Source: Azolla caroliniana
Lineage: Eukaryota > Plantae > Polypodiophyta
Assembly (NCBI GenBank): GCA_043228905.1
Contig: JBHGNT010000006.1
Span: 6,200,001-6,264,000, forward strand
Length of the DNA: 64,000 nucleotides
Direction: 5' to 3'
In this document: in pieces, positions 1 through 13,429 of the stretch
How positions within the stretch are numbered: position 1 is the stretch's first letter
How the letters are laid out: every line of letters begins with the position of its first letter
Position numbers and translations under genes: made by a program
The notes under the pieces: generated by a model
Databases searched by the model: none
The model's input: only the letters and a program-made list of their open reading frames with translations
What the model was told of the DNA's origin: nothing

Positions 1-121
1 ATTATTTAAGAACTGAAACTTACCTAATATGATTCTATGTTACAAAAATTACACAAGTATGCTTGGTTTAAGCTGAATCACGTGTAATTTAATATTACAA
101 AATGGATCATCACATTCTGGT

Positions 122-282
122 CAATAATTAAGAAATGAAATTTGTTAATAGTATGACTTGCTTACTAACTTTCCTAAGATTAGAAATCGGCATGCAATTC
201 TAGGCAATAATTAAGAAATGAAATTTGGTAATAATATGACTTGTTTACTAACTTCTCTAAGATTACAAATTGGCGTGCAATA
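122..282. repeat. Two diverged direct copies of an ~80-bp AT-rich unit
   Basis: CAATAATTAAGAAATGAAATTTG...CTAAGATTA.AAAT.GGC.TGCAAT at ~122 and ~206. Confidence 0.8.
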
Positions 283-623
283 AATGAGAGAATTAGAACC
301 TTAACTTATTAATTTTGCTTCCAGTTTGAAACTAGTTTTGTACTTATTGGAAATACTAGAAAAGACTTTGGATAATTATTGATCATAATTAGAAGTAGCA
401 TCAATTAGATGCTATATTAACTGATACTTTTTATAATGATTATTAGGATAATTAGTTAATGTATACTATAAATATATTTATGCAATTTAACTATGCGTTG
501 TTCTTGTGATTAGGAGGCTCGAGTTTGACCAAACATATTCGGGTAATTTTTAAAAATAAATACTGCTTCTGTAAGTTCCCATTAAATAAATAAAATTATG
601 TATATACATATATATGTTAGAAC

Positions 624-3120
624 CTGAATTCTGCAAAATCAAATACTTGGCCAGATCGATAATATCCTGATGCCCTTAAAATGCTTCCTCTTGCATGAAA
701 CCCATGGACCACTTTCTCGACGTCACTGTCTGTAATCCTTTGTTACAAAAAAATAGAGCAATAAGAACAGACATAAACAAAAATAATGGAGACACTTTTA
801 GTCATTATAACAAGTTGTATGACACAAGCATAATAAAAAGCTATACTGAGTTAAAAGTTTTAAAAGATAACATTCCATTTAGACAATCGACCTACAGCAT
901 AAGCAATTCCATATTATCAGGAAAAAATCTGTTGATTAAGCAGTATGAAAGTGGAAAAAAAGAACATCTATGGGAATAAGAAAAATAGATATATGTAGAA
1001 CAGTTATAGAGAGTGGCAAAACATGGATCTTAAGAGAGTTGTAAGTATCAAGATAGAGGGCATACATATAGCATCAAACATATGAGATAAAGTTTCTCTT
1101 ATCTTACACTATATATGAAAATAATAATAACAATCCTGTGATAAATACAAACAATCATGAAAGCACATTCTTCATAGACTTCTCTGAAAAGCATCAAACA
1201 CTGGTCAAGGCATATATAGATCTTGGATTTATTCTGATTTTAGAATTTTTTTGACTAGGACAGATGTTTATTCTAGGTAGACTATTACCCAAAAAGAGAC
1301 AAAAACAGAACACCCACACCTCTGCTTAATGTTTCTGAGAGCTGTAACAACATTCCAGATCTATTTTGCTCCTTAATCACAATGATTTAGACTCGAGTGC
1401 ATGTCTCAACCAATACTAACAAATGTATACTTCATATTCATTTTTGACAATGCTAATATGCCATTTAACAGAATACGTGTATTAGGGAAATAATCATTGT
1501 ATTGTCGAAAACTTACCTGAAATTATACTTTTTGAGTGAAGCCTCCATTTCGTTGGAAGTTATGTATCCAGTCTACCATGAGAAATTTCAGCAAGTCTCA
1601 GTAAAGTTTACGAATAGTTCCTAGTAACAAAAAAGCGGCATTCCTAAACGAAGCAAAGCTGAAAATTCATGCACAAATTTTACTTCTCTTATTCATGTGA
1701 GAAAGTTACCTTTTTAAGGTCAACTTCCTTGAATGTATCCACAAGCTTATTCTCAAGATGGACTGCATATTCAGCAAAATTCTCAAACGAAACTTTCCTT
1801 ACATTGCTTGAGCCCCCAACTCTATTCAAGAAACCTTGAACATCCTATAAAATGCCAGTTTTCAATCTGAAGACAGTCAAAATAACTCTTTCTTCTGTGG
1901 GACCAACTATTAAAACTTCAAGGTGTAGACTGGATGTATCATTACAGCAAGGAAAAAAACATGATGAGTTCATTATAGTATTTAATTAACCCATAAAACC
2001 AAGAAAAGAGACAATATTCATCAACATTAAAACAGCTTTTATAATCTTATGTCAATGAATTTATATTTAGTTATGCACTCAATTTTGCATCCTATGCATT
2101 TGAATTTCCAGAAGTCTATGAGAAACATTTATTCAACTATGATTTCAACACACATACTTTTTCAGAAGCTGGAAGATTTAATCTCTTCAATGCGACCTTT
2201 AAATCGCCCTCCGAAATGCATCCATAATCATCTACATCCAATTCCTAGAAGTCAAGGCATGGCAAGAAATAGATCACGTACTGAAGAAAAAACATGCAAG
2301 CATCAAACAAATGTGAATTTGCATATCCCAGAAAGCTACAAATAGCTACAATAACAGTCTTTATAATCATTCTCCAAATCTCAACATGTTCAGCTATAGG
2401 ATTTGCATCATACTATGTAATCTCAGATAAAACTTTTGCATGTTATACAAGATTGCTTTTAAAACTATGTTCATTATCTTTGTAATCCAATGCACATTAT
2501 AGATATTTTCTTACTTTGATATTGCAACCGAATGATAACCGTTCATGCATGGCACATTTCACAAGCATAGATATACAAATGTCAGATACAATCAAATAGT
2601 GCAAATTTAAAGGAACCAACCCAGTAATCAAACTTTAGAGAATAATATCGACGTTAAGCATTTTTATAGGATATTTGGTCCTTTTTAAATGATTTCCCAC
2701 TGGAAAATTTTGAGAATTCGGGGGATCAAGTAAGCAATTACAAATACGTCTTTTAGTACCAACTCGTACAAATACCCTACATTCATTTCAGAGTGGAGTT
2801 ACCTTGAATCTGGACTGTAGAAAATCGTGAGCATAGGTTCCTCGAATGGGAGTAAAGCTTACAGAAGCAAATGAAGATGAAGGATGAGGAGTTCTTGAGT
2901 CTTTCTTTCGCCAGAAGATACTGCTCAAGCTCGCCATAGAAACTAAAGAATTGCAAACCTTTGAGTTTGTCTTGAAAGGATCAGGAATACGAATTCCTGC
3001 ATAATCCCCGTGGAAACTTGTCGGAGAATCCGCAGAGAAAACATGGCTTACTTCTAAAGCTTCCAATTTGGCCCAACGTATAGCGATAAGATCGCTTCGA
3101 GGAAGAGAGTCTTTCCCCAT
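624..3120 (-). CDS. EF-hand Ca2+-binding protein, probably the N-terminal half of a Ca2+-binding mitochondrial carrier (SCaMC/APC-like); continues beyond window start. Exons 3120-2803, 2244-2158, 1844-1710, 1572-1517, 737-624
   Basis: Five GT-AG-bounded exons splice in frame: MGKDS...SRFK / ELDVDDYGCISEGDLKVALKRL (EF-hand) / DVQGFLNRV...VSFENF...FKEVDLKK / TGYITSNEMEASL (EF-hand) / ...FDFAEFR. The carrier assignment is inferred from the four-EF-hand layout; no carrier domain lies in the window. Confidence 0.75.
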
Positions 3121-3351
3121 GGATGCAGAAGATCAGAGGCGAAATGGATGGATTCTATGGCTTGAATGCTCATTCCTCGTTGTTGAAGGACACCATCGCC
3201 ACTCCATGTCCCCACCTCATCCCCAAACTAACTCTCCGCTGAGAGGAGAAGGCAATCATCATCGTTCATTTTCTTTTACTTTGCTTTTTATGTTAGAAGG
3301 GTACATGCTGAGTAGGTGATGCCCTCGAGGGTCATTGGGAGGATTCAAGAA

Positions 3352-4277
3352 AAGAGAGAGAGAGAGAGAGAGCGCCCAGATGGATGTAGCTCAGTTGGTA
3401 AGGTTGCCCAATGGAGACAAGGTGGTCATGGGTTCAACCCCTACATTCCACAGTGGCATTTAGTGAAATAGAGATATATATGAAGTATATAATAGAGAGA
3501 TGAGGAAATTGGGTTTCGAACTCAAGCTAATTACGATAAAAGAGAGAGAGAGTTGCCCAAATGGATGTAGCTGGATGTAGCTCAGTTGGTAAGCTAATTA
3601 CGATAAAAGAGAGAGAGAGAGAGAGAGAGTTGCCCAAATGGATGTAGCTGGATGTAGCTCAGTTGGTAAGCTAATTACGATAAAAGAGAGAGAGAGAGAG
3701 AGAGAGAGTTGCCCAAATGGATGTAGCTGGATGTAGCTCAGTTCGTAAGCTAATTACGATAAAAGAGAGAGAGAGAGAGAGAGAGAGTTGCCCAAATGGA
3801 TGTAGCTGGATGTAGCTCAGTTCGTAAGCTAATTACGATAAAAGAGAGAGAGAGAGATAAAGAGAGAGCTGCCCAAATGGATGTAGCTGGATGTAGCTCA
3901 GTTGGTAAGCTAATTACGATAAAAGAGAGAGAGAGAGATAAAGAGAGAGTTGCCCAAATGGATGTAGCTCAGTTGGTAAGCTAATTACGATAAGAGAGAG
4001 AGAGAGTTGCCCAAATGGATGTAGCTCAGTTCGTAAGCTAATTACGATAAAAGAGAGAGAGAGCTGCCCAAATGGATGTAGCTGGATGTAGCTCAGTTGG
4101 TAAGCTAATTACGATAAAAGAGAGAGAGAGAGATAAAGAGAGAGTTGCCCAAATGGATGTAGCTGGATGTAGCTCAGTTGGTAAGCTAATTACGATAAAA
4201 GAGAGAGAGAGAGAGATAAAGAGAGAGTTGCCCAAATGGATGTAGCTGGATGTAGCTCAGTTCGTAAGCTAATTACG

Positions 4278-4316
<39 letters not shown>

Positions 4317-4850
4317 GCCCAAATGGATGTAGTTGGATGTAGCTCAGTTGGTAAGCTAATTATGATAAAAGAGAGAGAGAGAGATAAAGAGAGAGTTGCC
4401 CAAATGGATGTAGCTGGATGTAGCTCAGTTGGTAAGGTTGCCCAGGTGGTCATGGGTTTAACCCCTACATTCCACATTGGCATTTAGTGGTGAGAGAGAG
4501 AGAGAGAGAGAGAGAGTTGCCCAAATGGATGTAGCTAAGTTGGTAAGGTTGCCCATGTGGTCATGGGTTTAACCCCTACATTCCACATTGGCATTTAGTG
4601 GTGAGAGAGAGAGAGATGAGAGAGTTGCCCAAATGGATGTAGCTCAGTTGGTAAGGTTGCCCAATGGAGCCGAGGTGGTCATGGGTTAACCCCTACATTC
4701 CACATTGGAATTTAGTGGAGAGAGAGTTGCCTAGATGGATGTACCTTAGTTGGTAAGGTTGCCCAATGGAGACTTCCATAGTGGCATCTAGTGAAATAAG
4801 AGATATCTATAGAGTAATAGAGAGGTGGGGAATTTGGGTTGAGAGAGAGA
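3352..4850 (+). repeat. Tandem array (~16 units) derived from a tRNA-like/SINE-like element, units separated by variable (GA)n
   Basis: The unit GTTGCCCAAATGGATGTAGCT(GGATGTAGCT)CAGTTGGTAAG recurs from 3373 to 4726. A-box-like TAGCTCAGTTGG is in nearly all units; B-box-like GGTTCAACCC/GGTTTAACCC is in the first unit and the units at ~4395, 4516 and 4624. Confidence 0.9.
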
Positions 4851-7800
4851 GAGCTTTCTAATGTCCACGAGAGACCAATTGCAATCTATGAGACAGAGAC
4901 AAAGACCTCTCTTTTCAACATCCATGAGAAACCTATTGTGATCTATGAGATGGGTTTTATGAGAGACAAACAGAGAGAGCCTTTGTTCTGTCGTGTTGTT
5001 GTGATGTGCAGAGGGAGAAATATATATTGTACTTCAAGTTTACAATACTTTATTCGACATAGGAGCTCCAAAATGCTATAAAATGAGCCCTAAAATGCTC
5101 ATTTTCAGGGATCAAGATTTTGAGAAAGGCGCCTAGGCTTCGTTGATTAATGGAATGTTGCAAGATAGCTAATCAAGAGGGCATGTAAGGGACCTATGAT
5201 GTTTGTGAGGATGAAATTTGAGAGAACATGCAAACACGAGGATTGTCTATGAACACATGCTTCCCTACCCTCATGGATTTAATACACAAAAGTTGAAACC
5301 CTTTGTGCAAAAACTCTCCATGAAAATGAATGGTAACGAAGGAGCAAAGACAAGGGTAAAGAGGAGAAGCAGACATTGACCACATCGACAAGGACTTGTT
5401 GTTGTTACAAACTGTTGCCATCATCTTTGTTGTTGCTACCACTCGTCTCTGACGCCAACAAGTATGTAATGTGTCCACATCATTTCCCACTTCCTTTCAT
5501 AGTCACTCCTCCCTAAAGGACCTTTTTCCATGAAAAGGGAAACCTAGCATTTCTCAAAATGCCCTCTTACACACCAACAAAATTTATAGTCCTACACACT
5601 CACTCATACATAAAGAAAAACAAAATTACACACATATTTGATATACACTTATATACGGATACACAAAGACATATACGATTGTTTCTATAGCAATATCCCC
5701 AACTATTTGTGAGGAATTGATGTTCGTATTTGTGGTGTTATATAGGAATAAGATAAAAGAGATTTTCACGAACAAGAGAGAAAACGATAATTGGCTCATT
5801 TGAAGAGAAAGAAAGCCGATGAAGAATAGAATTAGAGGCCCACAACCCATCTTGAGTAGTGTATGGATGACAACACAAGTTCCTTGTTTTTATTGTTACT
5901 ACCTAAACCGATCACATATTTGAGCATGACCCATCGCATTGTGAAGCTCTTTCCAAGCACTTACTTGAGCTTGTCTCTGTGTAGACTTATGTTACAATAA
6001 CAACACATATGCCTATCACCTCCCCCCCCCCCCCCCCCCCTCACTCTTCAGTAAATAGTATTGTTAACTAAAGTAAAGAACAAAAGTGTGGGAGATGAAA
6101 AAATATTGTATCAATAGAATTAACAAAATTATCATGAGATAATTTTGTTGTAGTGGATTGAAAGTGACAAAAATAAAAAGACATGATGAACATCAAATTA
6201 TGAGCTAGTGTTGGCTGATATCAACATATGCAAAGGCCATGCATAAATTGTCAATAATTAAGGATGTGCATCAATTGGAACAAATGAAATATACGGTAGA
6301 TGCTTTGTTGTGAGATTTTGCGCAAGATAATATTTGAGAAACGGATGTCTATGTATCGAGGAGGACATGGTAGAAGTTGAGGTTGACATTGAAATGTTAC
6401 AATCCCACACGTATGGCTTTAGGATAAGCCAAGTAGAAATGGTTGATCGACCTTAGGGATAAGTCATGTTGAAACCCACACGTATGACTTCAAATCTCTT
6501 TATTTTATTTTATTTTTTTCCATAAAAAATATCCTCCATTGGTATTAACATAAAGTGGCCAAAGGCAATATACAAAAAAGTCCAGTATTACAAAGAAAAA
6601 TGCAACATAATTAACTAGAAAACTATTGAACATTCGTGCAACTCTAACAGTCTCAACAACACTGGGCTCAAGATTTTGGCCTAATGAAGACCACCCCATA
6701 TAATACAAATAGCTTCACCTACAGAAAACAACACCTTCTCCACCATAGTCCTGCTCAATGCAAATATCGCCTTCAGCGTTGCTTCCAAAAGTATCTTTTC
6801 AGGGCTACCATGGCAGATATGCCCAGAAAATACTGTTTCTACACCTATATATTGTTCATCACCATCAGAAAATAGAGGTAAAAAGCCCTGTAGACCAATA
6901 TGACCAATTGCTTCCACTACAAATCTCTTTATTGTCAATTATTATCACTAGATAAATCTAATATTGTCCAAAAATATTAACACAAAAGTAGGATGTTCAA
7001 GGGCTTCGTATATAGTTTCCCTTCATTTCTTGTACGTAATTAATTGTCCATGTTATCATGTAGCATACAAGTACGAAGCCAATAGTAACATGAGTACATG
7101 TGGAAGCAAAATATGGGAGCCTTGCCTTTATGATTTATGAATTGAAATAATATATATGGTAGATACTTATGGTCATTGGTTCAAACTTGCTAATCCATGA
7201 TTGCTTGGACTATATTTCATAAAGAACTTTGTCATTTCACACATGCAAAATTGATGTGGCTTTATATGACAAATTATTGTTTCTTATGAGTAATGCAAAG
7301 ATACAATGTGTCTCATGGCAAAGGTTGTGAGTTAAAACCCCATACAATGGGTGTGATGTTGTGTTCATGATAAGAATATTTGACAATTTTTATTTTTAGA
7401 ACAACTCGTGTTCTTATGTCACCCCTTAGGAAAGGAGGTTTGGCATTGCCATTGCCATTTTCTTCACAACAATATGACTGAAAATAATGTCCTCATAATG
7501 AAAATGTTAAAAGGCAATCTCAACGTACACTTGAATTTATAATCTCATTATTTCGTGATCCTACGAGAATGTTACTATTTCAACCTACACAATCTTAAAT
7601 CTTGACTACATTGTCCAAGTTTGGCAGCAAGGTGAGTAAGTTTTAAGGTCATAGGATACATAATATTCCATGTGTAGTGATATACATTAGTGCATCGTTT
7701 GTCATGGGCTTTATGGTTTAGAGTGCAAACTAAGAAAATAAGTGAACCAATACAAATCAAGATACAATGATCGTGCACTTTGAGAACGCTAGATTCTGTA

Positions 7801-9351
7801 AAGTTTAAATTCTCATTGCTCAATGAGTAAAACTCTTTTTACTTTTACTCTCTTTTCTGAAAGACACATGATACAAAAATGGTACATGATGATGGTTCCA
7901 GACCACACTCAAGCGTGCAATTCCGTTTGAATAAACTAAAACGAGCATGCATAACATCCATGATTACTAGCTTTTACCATGCTCAATGTTAGTTTCATTT
8001 CATGATCGTGTACCCTAGAGCTACATTAGCTAGTATTATGACATATTTTCCTCCACTATCCACACGGCCTTCAGCTCTCCCATTTCATTTGAGGGGAGCG
8101 AGAAGGATACCGAGTGAAGGGGCGAGCTTGCTCCTCGTCCCCAATTTGATCTCCTTCAAACCACTTGCAACTCTGTTCAAAAAGCTATGCATCCAAAGAT
8201 TCACACATATTGAATCCCTTATATGAACTTTGCCATGTATACATACATACAAATTTCCATATTTATATCTGGTTTTACTTTTGAAACCCATTGCTCCAGA
8301 CTTCAAATTCAAGCATTGACAAAGTGCTCCCTTTCTTTGAAAATATGGTATAGAAATCCTAATGGTTCACAATACTCGTAGGATAATGCATTTGTTTTTC
8401 GCTAGAACAATATGAGTGAAAGGACAATCAAACAATTAAAAAAGAGCACTCAAAGAAAATGGATGCAAGGAATCTGTTTGATTGACTCCACATTCACATA
8501 ATATAAGTCCTAGAAGAATTTTGGTATGATGCCAAAATATTCCAGAAACTATACTCGCAAGCAACATCAGAATTATTTCCAAATGTAAGGAAGGCCAAGA
8601 GGATACTATCATAGTTCTAACCCAACAAAGTTCTAGATTTCTAACAACATAAGATGATGGTGAGGGGTCCAATGAGTCATTGCAATACGAGGACTCTAAT
8701 CCATCAATTTCACAACAATGTTGGTAAGATGTGAAAATTTTAGGTAGATGATGCATAGGGAGTAATGACTACCCCGACAAGTGACATGTGAGATAACTTT
8801 CTTGATACAAAGGCCTAGGGGCAAACATGTTAGACACAAGGAGGGTCAAACACAAGCAAAAGTATCGAAAAAGAATACAGATGGTTTGTTTTGTTGGGGG
8901 GTAATTTCTATGCTGGACAGTTAAGTCGTAAAATAGGAGGGTCCATTCAGTCCAGTTAAAACGTCAGATTAAAACTTGACTGGATGCCTTGGAAGGGCTC
9001 GCCTTATGACTAAAAAAAGAACCACGCGATTTTCGCCTTCAATATTTTGCTCCTAATCCATTAAAGAAAAAGCCTAAATGTCAAAACCATTTATATCATA
9101 ATAAATGATATCACAGAGTATATTTTATATATATATATATATTTCAAAATTGCACTCAGTAGTCTGTACTCTCTGCTCTGCCGACGCCATTGGCGGCGCC
9201 ATCGCCTTCGGACAGAGAAGATCAGATATGGATTCTATGTAAGCTTAAACGTTGTTAGAGCCTTTCCGTATTATATATGCACGCACAGACGACGGACGTG
9301 ATGATCCCTACATTTTGATCGATCAATCGATCCCTACATTTTTGTCTTTCT

Positions 9352-12182
9352 CTACTCCAATTTTGTTATGGACTGATGATGAGATCGCTTCTCCGCGAAG
9401 AAAGAGAGTCTTGAGTCGCGGCCCACCGGCCTCTTGACAGAAGAAGAAGAAGAAGTAGTAGAATCAAAGGCGGCATGATCCTGATTGCGATGATGATAAG
9501 CGTCAGATAAAGGAGAAGTAATGCTACTAGACCTGCACGTGTAGATGCAGGGCAGGGGAGGAGTGGGAGGAAGCTGAGGCGTAGCAGCCCCAGTTGCGGT
9601 GCCGGGAGGAGCAGCCACCGAGACGGCGGAGGAGGAGCGGCTGCGAACTGGAGAGATGCGCTTGAAGAAATTCTTGCTATCTTCCACTAGCGATTCCAGG
9701 CACTGGTACAGCGCAGCGGTTGATTTTGGGCCCGAATTAATGAGCTGCTGCTGCTGGCTATGGCAGGAGGAGCTTCTGCTCCTGGAGGTAGTGGCCTGCT
9801 TTCTTGATGATGCCGAGTTTCTGAGATGAGGATCAGTGGAACAAATTGATGGAGCGCTTGACAGAGTAGAAGGCGGGGCTGATTTGACGGGAGTGGTGAG
9901 GCCTGAACGGGATGGATAACCGCTGCGAGTGGTGATGGCTCTCTTCACTACAGGGCTCGCCGGCAATGCGGCAGCACTTAGTGCCATGGCAGCTGCAGAG
10001 GTGCTGCTGTGTGGGGGGCACAGTGGCGGAGATGAAGTGAAGGATCTGCAGGTCGTCCTGTCTCGCTTTTTATTAGGAATTGCAGAAACAGAAGAAATGG
10101 ATGAAGAAATTGAGTTCTTAACAGACGAAGGTGTGACGGATCGACGGGCATTATAGCGACTGGCCACAATTCTTGATGGCGTGCTAGTGCTGTTAGGATT
10201 GGCGGGCAAGACATTGCTGCTTCTGCAGGAGTTCGGCATCACATTCTGAAGAGCGATTCTCTGTTGCTCTCTCTGCTTCGTCAACACTTTGGCTCCGCCA
10301 TCGCCCGCTGTAGTAGTACTGAGGCTTAAACGCCTATAAGCCTTGGCTCGCTGGTCCTGCTCGTCCCCACCATCGCTCCACTTGCGGCCAGATGTGGAAG
10401 ATCCCTGTACCTGAACAACCCGATCACTGGAAATCTTGCTTGCCAATACCTTTGATGCACCACCATGTTTTGTTTCTTCTGATCCCAACGTCAATGGCGA
10501 AAGCTCTACTGTGTTGCTATCTGTACAGCTGCTATCTGTTGTGGTTACTGATACGTTTTTTAGATTATGGTCTACTCCAGATTCAGCCATGTCTCCATGA
10601 TCGATCACCTCTGTTCTCTTCGTCTTCTTCTTTGTCATCATAGTATGATTCTTCTTCTTCAACTCCCCTTCCCATCTCTGCTTCTGCATTTGCAGCTCCG
10701 TTAGCCTCGATGTCAGCACTTCAATCTCCGCATCGATTTCCTGGATTAATACAGCCTTCCCACTCGAAGCTTCTGCTTCTGCTTCTGCTTCTACTTCTTT
10801 ATTCCCATCATCTAGCATTAGTTTGTCGCCTGAATCCAACAACTCTGCTGCTGGGCCATCATGTACATCATCGTCCATAGCCAACTTATCATGAGCAGGC
10901 TCCACACTTCTAACATGGCTTGGTTCGTTCTTCCATGTTTCTTCTTCAGATCGCATAACATGAAAAGCCTCGTTTTGCAGAAAACTCGTCTCCTCAAAAT
11001 GTTGAAGGGTTGGATGTACATGATCATGGGGACTGTTATCTACGAAGCACCCTTCTTCCTGTTGATGATCCCTTTCGTCATGACCATTTGCAGGCACCAT
11101 AGGGCAGGACTCTGCATCATCAGGAGAATCTATCTCCTGCCGTCGATTGTAGCTCGATGAGGAAGAGCTATCACAGCTACCACAGGAATCGGCCCTCCCA
11201 GTGCTAGTATCATTTGTAGTTTTGACAGGTAAATTCTGATCGAAAGCAGCATTGCTCCAAACAAAAACCCTTCCTGCATAAGCTCAATCGTAATGTGAAC
11301 ACTAGGACGTAATTGACAAACTGATGAAGCTCTTCTGATCAAATAAACCAAGGACAAAGCTTACCATTTCTTCTGAAATTCGGTGGACCTCTCTCGCTGA
11401 CTCGGCTACTCTCTCGCCATTCAGGGCCTGAAAACAAACAGCAGCAAAACCAATCTTGATTATCATACCTTAGGTTGAAAGAAAGAGAAGTGAGCTCAAT
11501 ATGGTTATTTTAAGTTACCAAGCTGTTTGGAGTAGAACATCTGTGGCTCATTTTGTTTTTTCAGTCGAAAACCGCAGGAATCTCCTTGCTGCTGATCGTT
11601 CACAGGAGCAGGGACAATGGCATTCAAACAAATCGGGGACAGAGCAGCAGCAGAGGAGGAGGAAGAAGACGAAGAAGTAGAAGAAATTGATAAAGGAGAA
11701 GGAGAAGAAGACGAAGAAGAAGAAGACGAAGAAGAAACTTGAATGGAGTGCAAGCAACCAGTAAGCTGCTGTTCAGCAGTGGTAGGGACCAATTGAACAG
11801 AAGAAGATTTCTCGAGAGAATAATCCTTATCATTCTTGCTCATATCAGACGGACATACAATAGATGTGTTCATCCCTGCATCGTGAAGAAGATGATTTTG
11901 TTGACGATGATGAGCAGTAAGAGCAAGCCCTTGCTTGGCATTCACACTCCAATGGAGGGGTCTTCGTGTTCGAGAGGGCGGGAAGCTACTGAGCTCAGCT
12001 TCTTGAAGAAGACACATACGCTCCACAGACGTGGATCTAGACGTAGCAGGGCTTATTAACATAATGGTATCCATAGCTCGTGGAGTTTTGGGCGTACCTT
12101 CGAGCTCAGCTCCTCTCTTTGTTTTGTTTCCTACAGGGGTCCTCACCACCGCTTGTCTCCTTGATACGGAGCTCTTCATCAT
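9352..12182 (-). CDS. ~882-aa Ser-rich, basic-tailed coiled-coil protein of unknown function (possibly microtubule-associated). Exons 12182-11519, 11427-11365, 11273-9352
   Basis: Two GT-AG introns join the 225-aa and 582-aa ORFs in frame (664+63+1922 nt). Motifs VWSNAAFD, coiled coil IQEIDAEIEVLTSRLTELQ and RIVASRY resemble an uncharacterised land-plant family, from memory only. Confidence 0.75.
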
Positions 12183-13003
12183 CGTCTACTCTGATCAGGA
12201 CTTATAATAACATAACCCTAATTAGCTCTCAAATGGTCCCCCCCCCTCCAAACCTATTCGGAAGCGATCATGAGACCTCGAAATACGACCTGCAGAGTTT
12301 CAAACGACAACATTTCCTTGAGACCATGGAAGGAGGGAGTAGCAAGTCTTATTCTCTCCACCCAGTTTCAGCCAGCAATTTAGATCTAAGCCATCAAAAC
12401 TGCTGATGAGATCAGAGGTTCGGAAAAAGTGATTATTTTCTTTCTTCTCTTTTTAAAATTTTTTTTGGGGAGGAGACAAGAAAGAAAAAGGACGATAGTC
12501 CTTGCACAGAGGTAAGTCAGAGCTTCTTTCTGATTTTACTCCTGAAGAAAACGTTTGCATTAAGCGTCAAAGAAGCTTATTACTCTGCAAAGTATGCCTA
12601 CAAAACTCAACTCGGAAGCAAAAGAAGACGAAGAAGAAGAGTAAAAAAAGAAGAACATATACAGAGACAAAGAGCTCCCGTATTATTATTGATCAATCAC
12701 GGGTAGAAGAAGAAAAGGGTGGGTGAAGAGTTTGACAAAGCTCCCCCGCCCCGTATTGATGAATCGCTTGAGGGAGAAGATAAAAAAAACAGAGAGAGAA
12801 GAGAGGAAGGAGGGAATGGAGCTAAATAACTCCGGATATATATATATATATGTATATATGAGAGAGAGAGAGAGATTATTATAAACACAGGAAATGAGTG
12901 AGCGAGCTCACATGGTGGTCGGTGCAGAATGAAGCGAAAGGGGAAAGTGAGAGGAGAAGAGAAGGAGAAAGAGAGGAGACGGACGAGACGGACAAACACA
13001 GTG

Positions 13004-13040
<37 letters not shown>

Positions 13041-13394
13041 CTGCAGAGAAGAGGCCCTAAATTCTAATTATAACAAAGAAAGTGTGGGAAAACGGAGAGA
13101 AGGATGAGGGAGGAGCACATGTTCGTTCATTGATGATGATGATGATGATTGATGGATTGAACAAAGCATCACGATCTCTCTCTCTCTCTCTCTCTCTCTC
13201 TCCTTATGTTGACTGTGCGTTCGAACTTCTTCCGTTCACTCATTTTCTAACTCTTTCTTTCTTTCTTCTTTTTTTGTCTTGGTCTTGTTTTCTATTTTAT
13301 ACTCTTCTATAAAAGCCTTTTTGTTTTTTTGCCCTCTCCCGACTTTCTCTGCGTTCTGGTCCACTAGCCGTTGTGATATAACGACGACCATTTG

Positions 13395-13429
<35 letters not shown>

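Noticed and set aside
3375-3452. Functional tRNA gene
   Set aside because: A and B boxes are present but the D, anticodon and T stems pair poorly; treated as tRNA-derived.
3796-4487. Repetitive ORFs (MDVAGCSSV...)
   Set aside because: Translations of the tandem array.
3352-4850. CRISPR array
   Set aside because: Spacers are only GA microsatellite of varying length, the context is eukaryotic, and no cas genes are present.
5100-8900. Short ORFs as genes
   Set aside because: AT-rich with no motifs or consistent exon chain; probably decayed TE sequence I cannot classify.
12403-12430. Hammerhead-like CTGATGAG...GGAAA
   Set aside because: Stem II is mismatched, there is an extra base before GAAA, and I found no stems I/III; likely chance.
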